Below are positions 9,616 to 18,790 of a stretch of 64,000 nt of DNA, piece after piece. The translations under genes and the position numbers were made by a program. The notes beneath the pieces were generated by a model that was given only the letters and a program-made list of their open reading frames with translations, was not told the DNA's origin and did no database searches. This DNA comes from Bacteroidales bacterium (GTDB lineage Bacteria; Bacteroidota; Bacteroidia; Bacteroidales; ML635J-15): assembly GCA_028702535.1 (NCBI GenBank), contig JAQVOR010000001.1, forward strand, positions 11,470 through 75,469, in the 5' to 3' direction. Numbering within the stretch: position 1 is the stretch's first letter; the number at the start of each line of letters is the position of its first letter.

Positions 9616-10045
9616 ATTTTGTTGTTTTTTATGACGCAAAATTTAGCTAATAGTTTATCATTTAACAATACCTACCTGTAATTTAAGTTTGGCTTGCTCA
9701 GGTTACTCAATATATTTGAGCAAATAAAACTTAATATTATGGAAAACATATAGTGCAAATTTTAAATCTCAATACTGAGTAACTTATTCTGATGCTTAAA
9801 AAAATTTTGGCAAATGAGTGATAAGTGTATTATTAATAATATCGAATTGGTGCTATTGTGATGAACCTTAACACGAAGAAGATATTGAAGCATAGCTAAA
9901 TGATCTTAATCGAATAAAAAAGGCTTTGTTAAACTCGAATGTAAAAACCTTACGTTTTTTTTACTATAAATGCACATGTTGTATAAAATATTTGTAACAT
10001 TACAAAAAATAATACGTAACAAGCATTACAATCAAAAATGAAGTA

Positions 10046-12592
10046 GTGGAAATTGATAAATCGCTTAAATTAAATCGCATTTTTGACATTGCAAACGCTT
10101 TAAATGAGCAATGTTTTATTATTGACAAATCCAATAAAGTTGTTTTTGTCAATGAGGTTTTAGTTAAGTTATATAATCTTGCAGCCTTCCCTAACACAAA
10201 TGATAAGTTGAAAATTACATTTGAAGCAAGTTCATTGGGATATATCAAAATAAATGATGTGATTAAATCATGTTTTGAGTTAAAACTACCTGATAATGAC
10301 GGCTATAGGCTGTTTGTTTTACATGACGAAAAACTCCAGAATAAATCAGATATGGCTTTTGATAAGCAAGTGTTAGACTGTATTCCAGATATTTTGTTCG
10401 TACATGATGCTGATTTTAATCTTTTATTTTATAATAAAGCTGGATGCGATTTTTTGAAACCTAATGAAAAAGGGGAGATACGTAAACAGTGTTATAAACT
10501 TATGGGTCTAACATACGAATGCGATGATTGCCCTGCAAAAAAAAGTATAAAAACCGGGAGTATTAATCAAACTTTAAGATACTTCCCAGAATCTAACAAA
10601 TGGTTCGATATTAGAGCTTATCCAATAAAAAATCATGAAACTAAGGTGTGGCGAGTAATTGAACATCTTAGGGACGTAACTATTCAAAAAGAAAATGAGA
10701 TAAAACTTCTTGATATTGAAGAGCAGAAAAGCAGATTAATTGGTAATATCCCAGGAATAGTTTATCGATGTAAAATGGATAAATTCTGGACTATGCTTTT
10801 TATGTCTCAAGAAACAATAAATATCACAGGATATACTACAGAATACTTTGTGAACGACAAACATAGCTTTAACGATATAATTTACCCCGATGACAGAAAA
10901 CATGTTTATTCAAAAATAAGAAAGAGCATATCAACAAATCAAAGCTTTATTATTGAATACAGAATTCGTACTAAAGATGATCAAATTAAATATATGTGGG
11001 AAAAAGGTAAGATAGTTATTGACGAAGATGAGAATTACATTGATGGTGTTATTTTAGACATTACAGATAGAAAAAGAGCAGAAATAGAGCTAGCCAATCA
11101 GGAAGAGAAATATAGATTACTTGTCAAAAATCAAAATGAACTTATAGTAAAAGTTGATAAACACGGTAGAATAACTTTTGTAAATGAAACTTATTGCAAG
11201 GTGTTTGGTAAAACGGAGAAAGAATTATTAAATGAGAGCTTTATGCCTTTTGTGTACGAGGATGATAAAGAAATGACGAGTAAAACAATGTTAAAATTAT
11301 TATCGCCTCCTTATACTTGTTATGTTGAGCAAAGAACCCTTACTATAAACGGGTTGCGCTGGTTGGCCTGGAGCGACAAAGCTATTTTAAATAAAAACAA
11401 TGAAATAGTTGAAATTATTGGTGTAGGAAGGGATATTACTGAAAAAAAAGCATTGGAGTTAGAACTGATAAAAGCTAAAAACAAAGCCGAACATAACGAA
11501 AAGCAAAAATCTAATTTTATTTCAAAAGCATATACAAACATTAAAGCACCTATTGATAATATTATTCTTACTTTACTTAGCATAAAGAATGCTCAATCAG
11601 ACCCTGTCATCTATAGCAATATCTTAAAGTCAGCACTTACAATTAACAGTATTATTGATGGGTTCACGAATATTGTTTTATTTAACGAAAAAGATATAAA
11701 TGTAATTCAAGAAAAATTCGACATTAATGATATTTTCTTGGGTCTATACGATATATTTAAAAATGATGCTAAAAGTTCAAATATCAAATTCAATTTAGAT
11801 AGCGATACAGAAACTTCAAATATAATTGTTGCGGATAAAGTCAAGATTCAACGTATTATATTGCATTTACTATCGAATTCGTTTAAAAATATCGTAGATG
11901 GTGAGATTAGCTTTGGTTATAGCAATAATAATAATAATAAACTTATTTTATTTGTTAAAGACAGTTCTGATGTTATCAGCACTATAAATTTTAGTGATTT
12001 TGATGCTATTACTCAGGATATAGCTCATAATCTAGGTGGAAATTTAGACCAAATAGATTTGATTTTAGCAAAACTGTATGTCGAGCATTTAGGTGGTAGT
12101 ATAAAAATTAAGAAAGGTGAAAATATTAGAACGGAGTTCTACGTTGAGATTCCTGTTACAAAGTTTAGTCCAAATAAAAGATTAACAGATAATAAACCTT
12201 CGATTGATGTAGATTTGTCTTCAACAACTGTTTTAGTTGCAGAGGATGAAGAAATTAATTTTCATTTAATAAAAACAATTTTAACTAAAGCAGGAGCTAC
12301 TGTTATTGGAGCGGTCACTGGGTTTGAGGCAATCGATCGAGTAAAAGAAAACAAGAATATTTCGATAGTTTTTATGGACATTAAAATGCCTGGAATTGAT
12401 GGTACAGAGGCTTTATATGAGATTAAAAAAATACGCCCCGAACTTCCGGTCATAGCATGTACGGCTTACCCTCAATCAGATGAGTTGATAAACTTAACTG
12501 AAATAGACTTTGACGGATTTTTGCCAAAACCAATTAGACGAGACGAGTTATTTGAAATTATTGAAGCTATAAAAAACAAAAAGCCTGATTAA
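10046..12592 (+). CDS. PAS-domain hybrid sensor histidine-kinase-like protein with C-terminal receiver (kinase core degenerate)
   Basis: 848-aa ORF with a GTG start in the track.
- It has several PAS/PAC-like segments, one carrying C-x11-C-x2-CP.
- The DHp-like segment reads KSNFISKAYTNIKAPIDNI, with Tyr where the conserved His is expected.
- The HATPase-like part keeps the N-box (LLSNSFKN).
- The receiver carries AEDEE, MDIKMPGIDG, CTAY and PKP. Confidence 0.8.
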   Translation: MEIDKSLKLNRIFDIANALNEQCFIIDKSNKVVFVNEVLVKLYNLAAFPNTNDKLKITFEASSLGYIKINDVIKSCFELKLPDNDGYRLFVLHDEKLQNKSDMAFDKQVLDCIPDILFVHDADFNLLFYNKAGCDFLKPNEKGEIRKQCYKLMGLTYECDDCPAKKSIKTGSINQTLRYFPESNKWFDIRAYPIKNHETKVWRVIEHLRDVTIQKENEIKLLDIEEQKSRLIGNIPGIVYRCKMDKFWTMLFMSQETINITGYTTEYFVNDKHSFNDIIYPDDRKHVYSKIRKSISTNQSFIIEYRIRTKDDQIKYMWEKGKIVIDEDENYIDGVILDITDRKRAEIELANQEEKYRLLVKNQNELIVKVDKHGRITFVNETYCKVFGKTEKELLNESFMPFVYEDDKEMTSKTMLKLLSPPYTCYVEQRTLTINGLRWLAWSDKAILNKNNEIVEIIGVGRDITEKKALELELIKAKNKAEHNEKQKSNFISKAYTNIKAPIDNIILTLLSIKNAQSDPVIYSNILKSALTINSIIDGFTNIVLFNEKDINVIQEKFDINDIFLGLYDIFKNDAKSSNIKFNLDSDTETSNIIVADKVKIQRIILHLLSNSFKNIVDGEISFGYSNNNNNKLILFVKDSSDVISTINFSDFDAITQDIAHNLGGNLDQIDLILAKLYVEHLGGSIKIKKGENIRTEFYVEIPVTKFSPNKRLTDNKPSIDVDLSSTTVLVAEDEEINFHLIKTILTKAGATVIGAVTGFEAIDRVKENKNISIVFMDIKMPGIDGTEALYEIKKIRPELPVIACTAYPQSDELINLTEIDFDGFLPKPIRRDELFEIIEAIKNKKPD

Positions 12593-12608
12593 TCAGGCTT
12601 TTTATTTA
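12575..12608. terminator. Bidirectional intrinsic terminator between the sensor gene and atpG
   Basis: A perfect 20-nt palindrome, AAGCCTGATTAATCAGGCTT (12581-12600), is flanked by an A-run upstream and a T-run downstream. It lies between convergent genes. Confidence 0.8.
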
Positions 12609-13478
12609 TCCATTTAGTGCTTCGGCACCACTTGTTATTTCGAGAATTTCGTTCGTTATTGCTGCCTGTCTGGCTTTGTTATAAATTAGTGTAAGATCTT
12701 TAATAAGCTCTGTTGCATTGTCTGTAGCTTGGTGCATTGCTGTCATCCTAGCTCCGTGTTCGGCTGCATTACTATCGAGAATCGCTTTAAAAAATTGGAT
12801 GCGTAAAGACTTTGGAATCATTTCCTCCATGATATCTTTCATTCCTGGCTCAAAAATGTACTCCGAAGGATTATTTTGTTCTTCAGTCTCTATTTGCATC
12901 GGCAAAAAAGTTTCAATTAGTTGATTATGTACTGCGGCATTTTTAAAACTATTATAAATAATATCAATTTTATCGTAGTTTTCATTTTTAAACTCATCCA
13001 TAAGATATTTGGAATAGGCTAGAGAGTTTTCAAAACTCACATCATCAAACAGTTCATTTCCTGATTTTACAATTTCGTAACCCAATTTTTTTACATATTC
13101 ATTGGCTTTTTTGCCAATACAAACAAATTTTATATTTTCTTTTGGCAGTTCAGCAAAATCATCAGTAATGTGTTGTTTTGCTTTTTTGCAAATATTTGCA
13201 TTAAACCCTCCACAAAGCCCTCTGTTAGAGGTCAATAATACAATCAACGCATTTTCAACAGGTCTTTGTACATTATATGCCCCTTTGTGTTCTTTGTCAA
13301 GTCCTGAGCTTACTTCGCTTAAAACATCCTTGAGTTTATTCGCATAAGGACGTATTTGAGTTACTTTGTCTTGAGCTTTTTTAAGTTTAGCTGCCGACAC
13401 CATTTTCATGGCAGATGTAATCTGTCTCGTTGATTTTACCGAAGCAATTCTGCTTCTTATGTCTTTAAGTCCTGCCAT
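12606..13478 (-). CDS. atpG: F-type ATP synthase gamma subunit
   Basis: 290-aa ORF: MAGLKDIRSRIASVKSTRQITSAMKMVSAAKL... with C-terminal ...ITNEILEITSGAEAL. Confidence 0.95.
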   Translation of the reverse strand: MAGLKDIRSRIASVKSTRQITSAMKMVSAAKLKKAQDKVTQIRPYANKLKDVLSEVSSGLDKEHKGAYNVQRPVENALIVLLTSNRGLCGGFNANICKKAKQHITDDFAELPKENIKFVCIGKKANEYVKKLGYEIVKSGNELFDDVSFENSLAYSKYLMDEFKNENYDKIDIIYNSFKNAAVHNQLIETFLPMQIETEEQNNPSEYIFEPGMKDIMEEMIPKSLRIQFFKAILDSNAAEHGARMTAMHQATDNATELIKDLTLIYNKARQAAITNEILEITSGAEALNG

Positions 13479-13486
13479 AGCAAATC

Positions 13487-15067
13487 TTATTTTTTATATT
13501 TTTGTGCTACTTCGTTTGCATTTTTAGTAAGGATGTCAGTAATGTCATCACTTAGTTCACCCTTAGCCAATCTATCCATAATATCTTTATGATTAAGATT
13601 TAAAATGTCAATAAAGTCTTTTTCAAAATCTTTTACTTTATTGATAGGTACATTTTTCAACAAACCATTAGTACCACAATAAATAATTGCAGCCTGATTT
13701 TCGACTAAAACTGGGCTATGTTCGTTTTGTTTTAATATTTCCACATTTTTACGTCCTTGGTCGATTACTGATAATGTAACCGCATCAAGGTCTGATCCAA
13801 ACTTTGCAAATGCTTCAAGTTCTCTAAATTGTGCTTGGTCGATTTTAAGTGTTCCTGCAATTTTTTTCATACATTTAATCTGTGCATTACCACCCACTCT
13901 CGATACTGACACTCCAACATTAATAGCTGGTCTTACACCTGCATTAAACAATCCTGATTCAAGAAATATTTGTCCATCAGTAATAGAAATCACGTTTGTA
14001 GGAATATATGCTGAGATATCGCCAGCTTGAGTTTCAATTATTGGTAAAGCTGTGAGTGAGCCACCGCCTTTTACTTTTCCTTTAAGGCAATCTGGCAGAT
14101 TGTTCATCTCTGCAGCAATTTCATCGGATTTTATAATTTTAGCTGCTCTTTCGAGTAATCTTGAGTGCAGATAAAAAACATCACCTGGATATGCTTCACG
14201 TCCTGGAGGTCTTCTAAGTAATAAAGAAACTTCGCGGTACGAAACAGCTTGTTTTGATAAATCATCGTATATTATTAGTGCTGGACGACCTGTATCGCGA
14301 AAATATTCTCCAATTGCACAACCTGCAAAAGGTGCATAAAATTGCATTGCGGCAGGGTCAGAAGCTGATGCCGTAACAATTACAGTATAATCTAATGCCC
14401 CATAAGTTTCTAATGTTTTGGCAATAGTTGCAACTGTTGAACTTTTTTGTCCGATAGCCACATAAATACAATAAACAGGTTCTCCTTTTTCGTAAAAGTG
14501 CTTTTGATTGATAATTGTATCAATTGCAATTGCAGTTTTACCTGTTTGGCGGTCTCCAATAATAAGTTCTCTTTGTCCTCTACCAATAGGTATCATTGAG
14601 TCTATGGCTTTGATGCCAGTTTGCAAAGGCTCGTTTACTGGTTGGCGGTATATAACACCTGGAGCGATACGTTCAAGCGGCATTTCAAAAAGCTCACCGC
14701 CAATTGCTCCTTTACCATCTAAAGGCTCACCAATTGTGTTTACTACTCTTCCTAACATTTCTTCGCCTACCATAATAGAGGCTATCCTTTGTAAACGACG
14801 CACAACATCGCCCTCTTTGATTGTTTCGCCTGGACCAAGTAATACGGCTCCAACATTATCTTCTTCGAGGTTCAAAACAATACCTTTAATACCGTTATCA
14901 AACTCAATAAGCTCATTTGCCTGAACATTATCAAGCCCGTGTATCCGAGCAATTCCGTCACCCACTTGAAGAACTGTACCGACTTCTTCTAAGTTTATTT
15001 TGCCCGATATTCCTTCTAATTCACGTTTTAAAATTTCTGATACCTCAGATGGTCTAATATCTGCCAT
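13487..15067 (-). CDS. atpA: F-type ATP synthase alpha subunit
   Basis: 526-aa ORF with the Walker A GDRQTGKT and strong alpha-subunit similarity throughout. Confidence 0.95.
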   Translation of the reverse strand: MADIRPSEVSEILKRELEGISGKINLEEVGTVLQVGDGIARIHGLDNVQANELIEFDNGIKGIVLNLEEDNVGAVLLGPGETIKEGDVVRRLQRIASIMVGEEMLGRVVNTIGEPLDGKGAIGGELFEMPLERIAPGVIYRQPVNEPLQTGIKAIDSMIPIGRGQRELIIGDRQTGKTAIAIDTIINQKHFYEKGEPVYCIYVAIGQKSSTVATIAKTLETYGALDYTVIVTASASDPAAMQFYAPFAGCAIGEYFRDTGRPALIIYDDLSKQAVSYREVSLLLRRPPGREAYPGDVFYLHSRLLERAAKIIKSDEIAAEMNNLPDCLKGKVKGGGSLTALPIIETQAGDISAYIPTNVISITDGQIFLESGLFNAGVRPAINVGVSVSRVGGNAQIKCMKKIAGTLKIDQAQFRELEAFAKFGSDLDAVTLSVIDQGRKNVEILKQNEHSPVLVENQAAIIYCGTNGLLKNVPINKVKDFEKDFIDILNLNHKDIMDRLAKGELSDDITDILTKNANEVAQKYKK

Positions 15068-15097
15068 AACTATTATATTTCATTAAATTATTATCAA

Positions 15098-15640
15098 TTA
15101 TGTTTTACTTTTTAATTTCTTTTTTATCTCTTGCAATTGCGTTTTAACACTAAGATCCAGCTGCTGATTATCAATTCTTAGAATAATACCGCCAATCATA
15201 TCATCTTTGATAGCACTTTTTATCTCAACTGTTGATGCAAAACCAGTTGCAACAAGATTTGAAATATTTTGAGCTATATCATTACTTATAGGATGTGTTG
15301 TTGTAACTATAACTTGCTTAATATTATTTTCTTTTCGGTATATAGTTTCAAAATATCTAGCAATATCTTCTAGGTGTATTTCTCTGTTTTTGTCAACAAG
15401 CAAACTAAGAAAACGCATTGTAATCTCATGAACAGAATCTTTGTAAACTTTTGTAAAAATATTAAGCTTATCAGCAGATGAAACAGTCGGACTTGAGATA
15501 ATCAAATCAAACTCTGATGCTTCTTTAATAGTTTCTCGAATAAGTTTAAAATCTTTATATACCTTATCTAAAATATTTTTTTCCTTTGCAAGCATAAAAA
15601 TTGCCTTTGCATATCTAACCGATATTTTACCTTGATTCAT
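15098..15640 (-). CDS. atpH: F-type ATP synthase delta (OSCP) subunit
   Basis: 180-aa ORF between atpF and atpA. It is OSCP-like, with N-terminal ISVRYAKAIF and C-terminal ...GGIILRIDNQQLDLSV. Confidence 0.85.
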   Translation of the reverse strand: MNQGKISVRYAKAIFMLAKEKNILDKVYKDFKLIRETIKEASEFDLIISSPTVSSADKLNIFTKVYKDSVHEITMRFLSLLVDKNREIHLEDIARYFETIYRKENNIKQVIVTTTHPISNDIAQNISNLVATGFASTVEIKSAIKDDMIGGIILRIDNQQLDLSVKTQLQEIKKKLKSKT

Positions 15641-15642
15641 AA

Positions 15643-16137
15643 TTAGTTAAGTTTTACATCTTTCAACAAATCATCTATCAGTTGCTCATGCTGTGGTGTT
15701 GATTTAAGTTCTTTTCTAATAACCTTTTCGGCCACAAGTACCGATAAATCAAGAACCTGATTTCTGATTTCTTCCATTGCAGCAGTTTTTTGAGCGATGA
15801 TGTCTCGATTAGCAGCTTTTTTGATTTTATCTACTTCTATTTGAGCCTCATTTTTTGCCTGTCCAACTATTTGGTCTTTAATTTCTCGTGCCTCTTGCAT
15901 CATTTTATCTCTTTCTATGCGTGCTTCGGCAAAAATTTTCTCATTATCGGCTTGCAATTTTTTCATTTCTTCGCGAGCAATTTCGGCTTGATTTAAGGCA
16001 TCTTCTATGCTTTGATTTCGTTTTGAAATCATATTGTTAATTGGTTTCCATGCAAATTTTGTTAGAACAAAGAGCAAAACTGCAAAAATAATCCCTGTCC
16101 AAAAGATTAATCCAATTCCTGGTGTTACAAGATCCAT
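15643..16137 (-). CDS. atpF: F-type ATP synthase subunit b
   Basis: 164-aa ORF with one N-terminal transmembrane helix and then a long charged helix. It occupies the atpE-atpF-atpH position. Confidence 0.85.
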   Translation of the reverse strand: MDLVTPGIGLIFWTGIIFAVLLFVLTKFAWKPINNMISKRNQSIEDALNQAEIAREEMKKLQADNEKIFAEARIERDKMMQEAREIKDQIVGQAKNEAQIEVDKIKKAANRDIIAQKTAAMEEIRNQVLDLSVLVAEKVIRKELKSTPQHEQLIDDLLKDVKLN

Positions 16138-16162
16138 ATCGTAATTTTTTTAATTGTTTTAT

Positions 16163-16202
16163 AAAAAAACATTTCCCGGAGCCAATCGCCCAACGGGAAA
16201 TG
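16163..16202 (-). terminator. Canonical intrinsic terminator inside the atp operon, between atpE and atpF
   Basis: Minus-strand RNA reads CAUUUCCCG (16202-16194), a 15-nt loop, CGGGAAAUG (16178-16170), then U7 (16169-16163). The hairpin begins 10 nt after the atpE stop, and the U-tract ends 25 nt before the atpF ATG. Confidence 0.75.
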
Positions 16203-16211
16203 TAAGTCATT

Positions 16212-16415
16212 TTAGCTTTGCAGCAATGCAACAACAACACCAAATAAAGCAACACCCTCAACAAGAGCAGCAGCAATAATCATTGCCGACTGAATGTTTT
16301 TTGCAGCCTCAGGTTGTCTTGCAATTGCATCCATTGCAGAGCTACCAATTTTACCGATGCCATAACTGGCACCAATTACTGCCAAAGCAGCACCAAATGC
16401 TGGAATTCCTACCAT
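16212..16415 (-). CDS. atpE: F-type ATP synthase subunit c
   Basis: 67-aa hairpin proteolipid: ...GIGKIGSSAMDAIARQPEA...AALVEGVALFGVVVALL. Confidence 0.9.
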   Translation of the reverse strand: MVGIPAFGAALAVIGASYGIGKIGSSAMDAIARQPEAAKNIQSAMIIAAALVEGVALFGVVVALLQS

Positions 16416-16454
16416 AATAAATATATATTAACGTTAAACATAAAAAATTTCATT

Positions 16455-17534
16455 TTAATGAGCTTCTTCTACTGCCATTCCAATAAACAAAGCCGAAAGC
16501 ATTGTAAAAATATATGCTTGCAGAAATGCTACTAAGAGTTCGAGACAGTTCATAAACAAAACAAACAAAACCGAAACTGGCGACATAACCAATGATTCAT
16601 AAATAAATATAAGTGAAACAAGACTAAGAATAATAATGTGCCCTGCTGTAATGTTTGCAAACAAACGAATTGTTAAAGCAACTGGCTTAACAATCATCCC
16701 CATTATCTCAACTACTGCCAAAATAGGTTTTATAAAAACTGGAACGCCTGGCATCCAAAGTGTATGTTTCCAATAATTTTTATTCCCACTAAGGTTTATT
16801 GCAAAAAAAGTAAATAAAGCCAAAGTCATAGTAACTGCAATATTACCGGTAACGTTTGCCCCACCAGGAAAAATAGGAATAATACCCATTAAATTATTAA
16901 ACAGAATAAAAAAGAAAATTGTCAATAGAAAAGGGAGAAATTTATTGGTTTTATTACCAAGATTTGGGAAAGCAATTTCATCTTTAACAAACATAATTAC
17001 AGGTTCTAAAAGAGCTTGCAATCCTTTAGGTCTTCCAAGATTACGTTTATATGCTTTTGCCATGCTTAAAAAGACAAGAAGCAGCAACACAGAAACAATC
17101 ATCATCGAAAAGATATTTTTTGTTATTGAAAAGTCTAAGGGTTTTTCGTTTAAAACAATATGTGCTCCCTCTTTTTCTTCATAGCTTAACTCTCCATTTG
17201 CATCGGCTAGGTATATTGTGTTATCATCTAATAAATATGTGTTGTTTCCTTTAGTTACGGTTTTATGTCCATGTTCAAACTTACTTGACATAAAAATATC
17301 AAATTGTCCGTTGTGTATTAATATTATAGGTAAAGGGATAGATACTGGAACTTTATTACCAGCTTTATCAGTATAGTCTAAAATATGCCAATCATGTGCA
17401 TCCTTAATATGGGCCATGATTAATTTGTTAACATCAAACTTGTCTTCTTTTTCTTGCTCTACTTCCGAAGCAAAGATATTTCCGTTTATCATAAAAAGAC
17501 AACTCAGAACTATTAATAAATATAATTTATTCAT
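16455..17534 (-). CDS. atpB: F-type ATP synthase subunit a (with the long N-terminal extension typical of Bacteroidota)
   Basis: 359-aa ORF. The C-terminal half carries LTIRLFANITAGH (the essential Arg region). The N-terminal ~150 aa are an extra signal-peptide-bearing domain. Confidence 0.9.
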   Translation of the reverse strand: MNKLYLLIVLSCLFMINGNIFASEVEQEKEDKFDVNKLIMAHIKDAHDWHILDYTDKAGNKVPVSIPLPIILIHNGQFDIFMSSKFEHGHKTVTKGNNTYLLDDNTIYLADANGELSYEEKEGAHIVLNEKPLDFSITKNIFSMMIVSVLLLLVFLSMAKAYKRNLGRPKGLQALLEPVIMFVKDEIAFPNLGNKTNKFLPFLLTIFFFILFNNLMGIIPIFPGGANVTGNIAVTMTLALFTFFAINLSGNKNYWKHTLWMPGVPVFIKPILAVVEIMGMIVKPVALTIRLFANITAGHIIILSLVSLIFIYESLVMSPVSVLFVLFMNCLELLVAFLQAYIFTMLSALFIGMAVEEAH

Positions 17535-17610
17535 ACTAATATATCGACTTAAATGTGCAACTACAAATTTACATTTTCAAAATCAATTTCCAATTAAATA
17601 ATCAAAAACT

Positions 17611-18009
17611 TTATTTTATTTTATTTTTAAAATCTTGAACAAGATAAAAAACTTCTGCAATTAAATAAATGAAATATATCATAAAAAACTGAATAACGTA
17701 TTCTTTTCTGAATAAACCGTCATTTTGGAATACAGGCAGTAAGAAAAAGACTGACAAAAACATTTTTACAAGGCTGCTAATTAAGAAAGCATACCCATGC
17801 ATCTGAAACTTAGCTTTTCGGGATATTATTTTTATGCTAATAATCGATAAAATAGTAATCGACATCATAAAAGGATGTATCAATAATAAATCGGGAGCAT
17901 AAATATATCTACGAAAAAAATATAATAATGCATAATGGATTATAAAAACAATTATTCCAATAAAACTTATATGCAATATTGATTTTATATTATTAATCTT
18001 TATTGACAT
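17611..18009 (-). CDS. Small polytopic membrane protein in the AtpI position (function unknown)
   Basis: 132-aa ORF with about four hydrophobic helices. It overlaps the atpZ-like gene by 17 nt and lies 76 nt upstream of atpB. The call rests on size, position and hydropathy only. Confidence 0.5.
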   Translation of the reverse strand: MSIKINNIKSILHISFIGIIVFIIHYALLYFFRRYIYAPDLLLIHPFMMSITILSIISIKIISRKAKFQMHGYAFLISSLVKMFLSVFFLLPVFQNDGLFRKEYVIQFFMIYFIYLIAEVFYLVQDFKNKIK

Positions 18010-18235
18010 TGTTTACTTGTTTAATTACTAGGTATAAAGACGCAAACACTGCGAATAGAGATAATACTATTGTAAACACAGGAGTATTAAGTTCAAAATA
18101 GTCGTCAAGGTAAACTCCACCATAAGTACCTCCGCCAATAATTATTCCCATTTCAAAAGCTAAAGTTGAAAATCTAACAAATTTATTTACCCCTTCGCGA
18201 ATAGGTTTTTTGTTATCCTTGTTTTTTTGCTCCAT
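17993..18235 (-). CDS. AtpZ/AtpI-family small membrane protein
   Basis: 80-aa ORF with a basic N-terminus and two transmembrane helices (...FSTLAFEMGIIIGGGTYGGVYLD...). It sits directly upstream of the atp genes. Confidence 0.65.
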   Translation of the reverse strand: MEQKNKDNKKPIREGVNKFVRFSTLAFEMGIIIGGGTYGGVYLDDYFELNTPVFTIVLSLFAVFASLYLVIKQVNNVNKD

Positions 18236-18614
18236 CGGCAGGTTTATCTATTTTGATTTCCTGATTTTTTACATTTCCACCCATATTACAGGTGCCTGTA
18301 AAAACCGCTCCTGGTTCAATTGATAATTTTGAGGCTATAATATCGCCATAAATTTTTGAGGATGATTTTAGCACTAATAACTCCTCAACGGTAATTTTGC
18401 CTTCGATTTGACCCGAGACTTCAGCATTTTTGCAAAACACTTCGCCAATAAGTTTGCCAGATGCTCCTAAAACTAACTTAGATTTTGAGTTGAGATTTCC
18501 TTGAAGCTTTCCGTCAATCCTGATGTCTCCTGTTGAGCTAACATCGCCAGTTAATGTGGTGCCGTTTCCAATAATATTTAATCCGTCCTTTTCGTCTTCG
18601 ATATTCCTTGCCAT
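18213..18614 (-). CDS. Bactofilin (polymer-forming cytoskeletal protein, DUF583)
   Basis: 133-aa ORF with a repetitive beta-helix pattern (IIGNGTTLTGDVSSTGDIRIDGKLQGNL...GEVFCKNAEVSGQIEGKI...GDIIASKLSIEPGAVFTG). Confidence 0.8.
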   Translation of the reverse strand: MARNIEDEKDGLNIIGNGTTLTGDVSSTGDIRIDGKLQGNLNSKSKLVLGASGKLIGEVFCKNAEVSGQIEGKITVEELLVLKSSSKIYGDIIASKLSIEPGAVFTGTCNMGGNVKNQEIKIDKPADGAKKQG

Positions 18615-18691
18615 AATGTAAATTTTTTAAGTTTAATGACAAATATAATAAAAAAATATGTGTTTTATTTCTTTTTTTAAGAAATATTGTA

Positions 18692-18790
18692 TATTTTTGC
18701 AATGTTTTAGTGGAAGGATTTGGATGCTTGCAACCACAAATAAAAAATGCTAAAAAACAGTCTTGCCTACATCCTCATAATCCTTAATTA
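18692..18790 (+). promoter_or_regulatory. metK promoter -7 box plus structured leader (candidate SAM-responsive element)
   Basis: - TATTTTTG at 18692-18699 matches TAnnTTTG.
- The leader has UGUUUU (18703-08) pairing with AAAACA (18754-59).
- That stem encloses a GUGG...CCAC hairpin (18710-13 / 18734-37) with GGAAGGA, GCAACC and UGCUAA motifs.
- An alternative pairing joins AAGGAUU/GGAUG (18714-25) with CAUCC...AAUCCUU (18769-85). Confidence 0.3.

Noticed and set aside
11924-11938. (AAT)5 trinucleotide run inside the sensor gene, encoding NNNNN
   Set aside because: Length changes would stay in frame, so it is not a phase-variation switch. Short Asn runs are common in AT-rich genomes.
16037-16276. 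79-aa ORF spanning the atpE-atpF spacer on the minus strand in another frame
   Set aside because: It overlaps both atpE and atpF out of frame and contains the terminator hairpin. It is a frame artefact.
12606-17534. The atp operon lacks atpD (beta) and atpC (epsilon)
   Set aside because: As far as I know, a separate atpDC locus is the normal arrangement in Bacteroidota. It is not evidence of loss or novelty.
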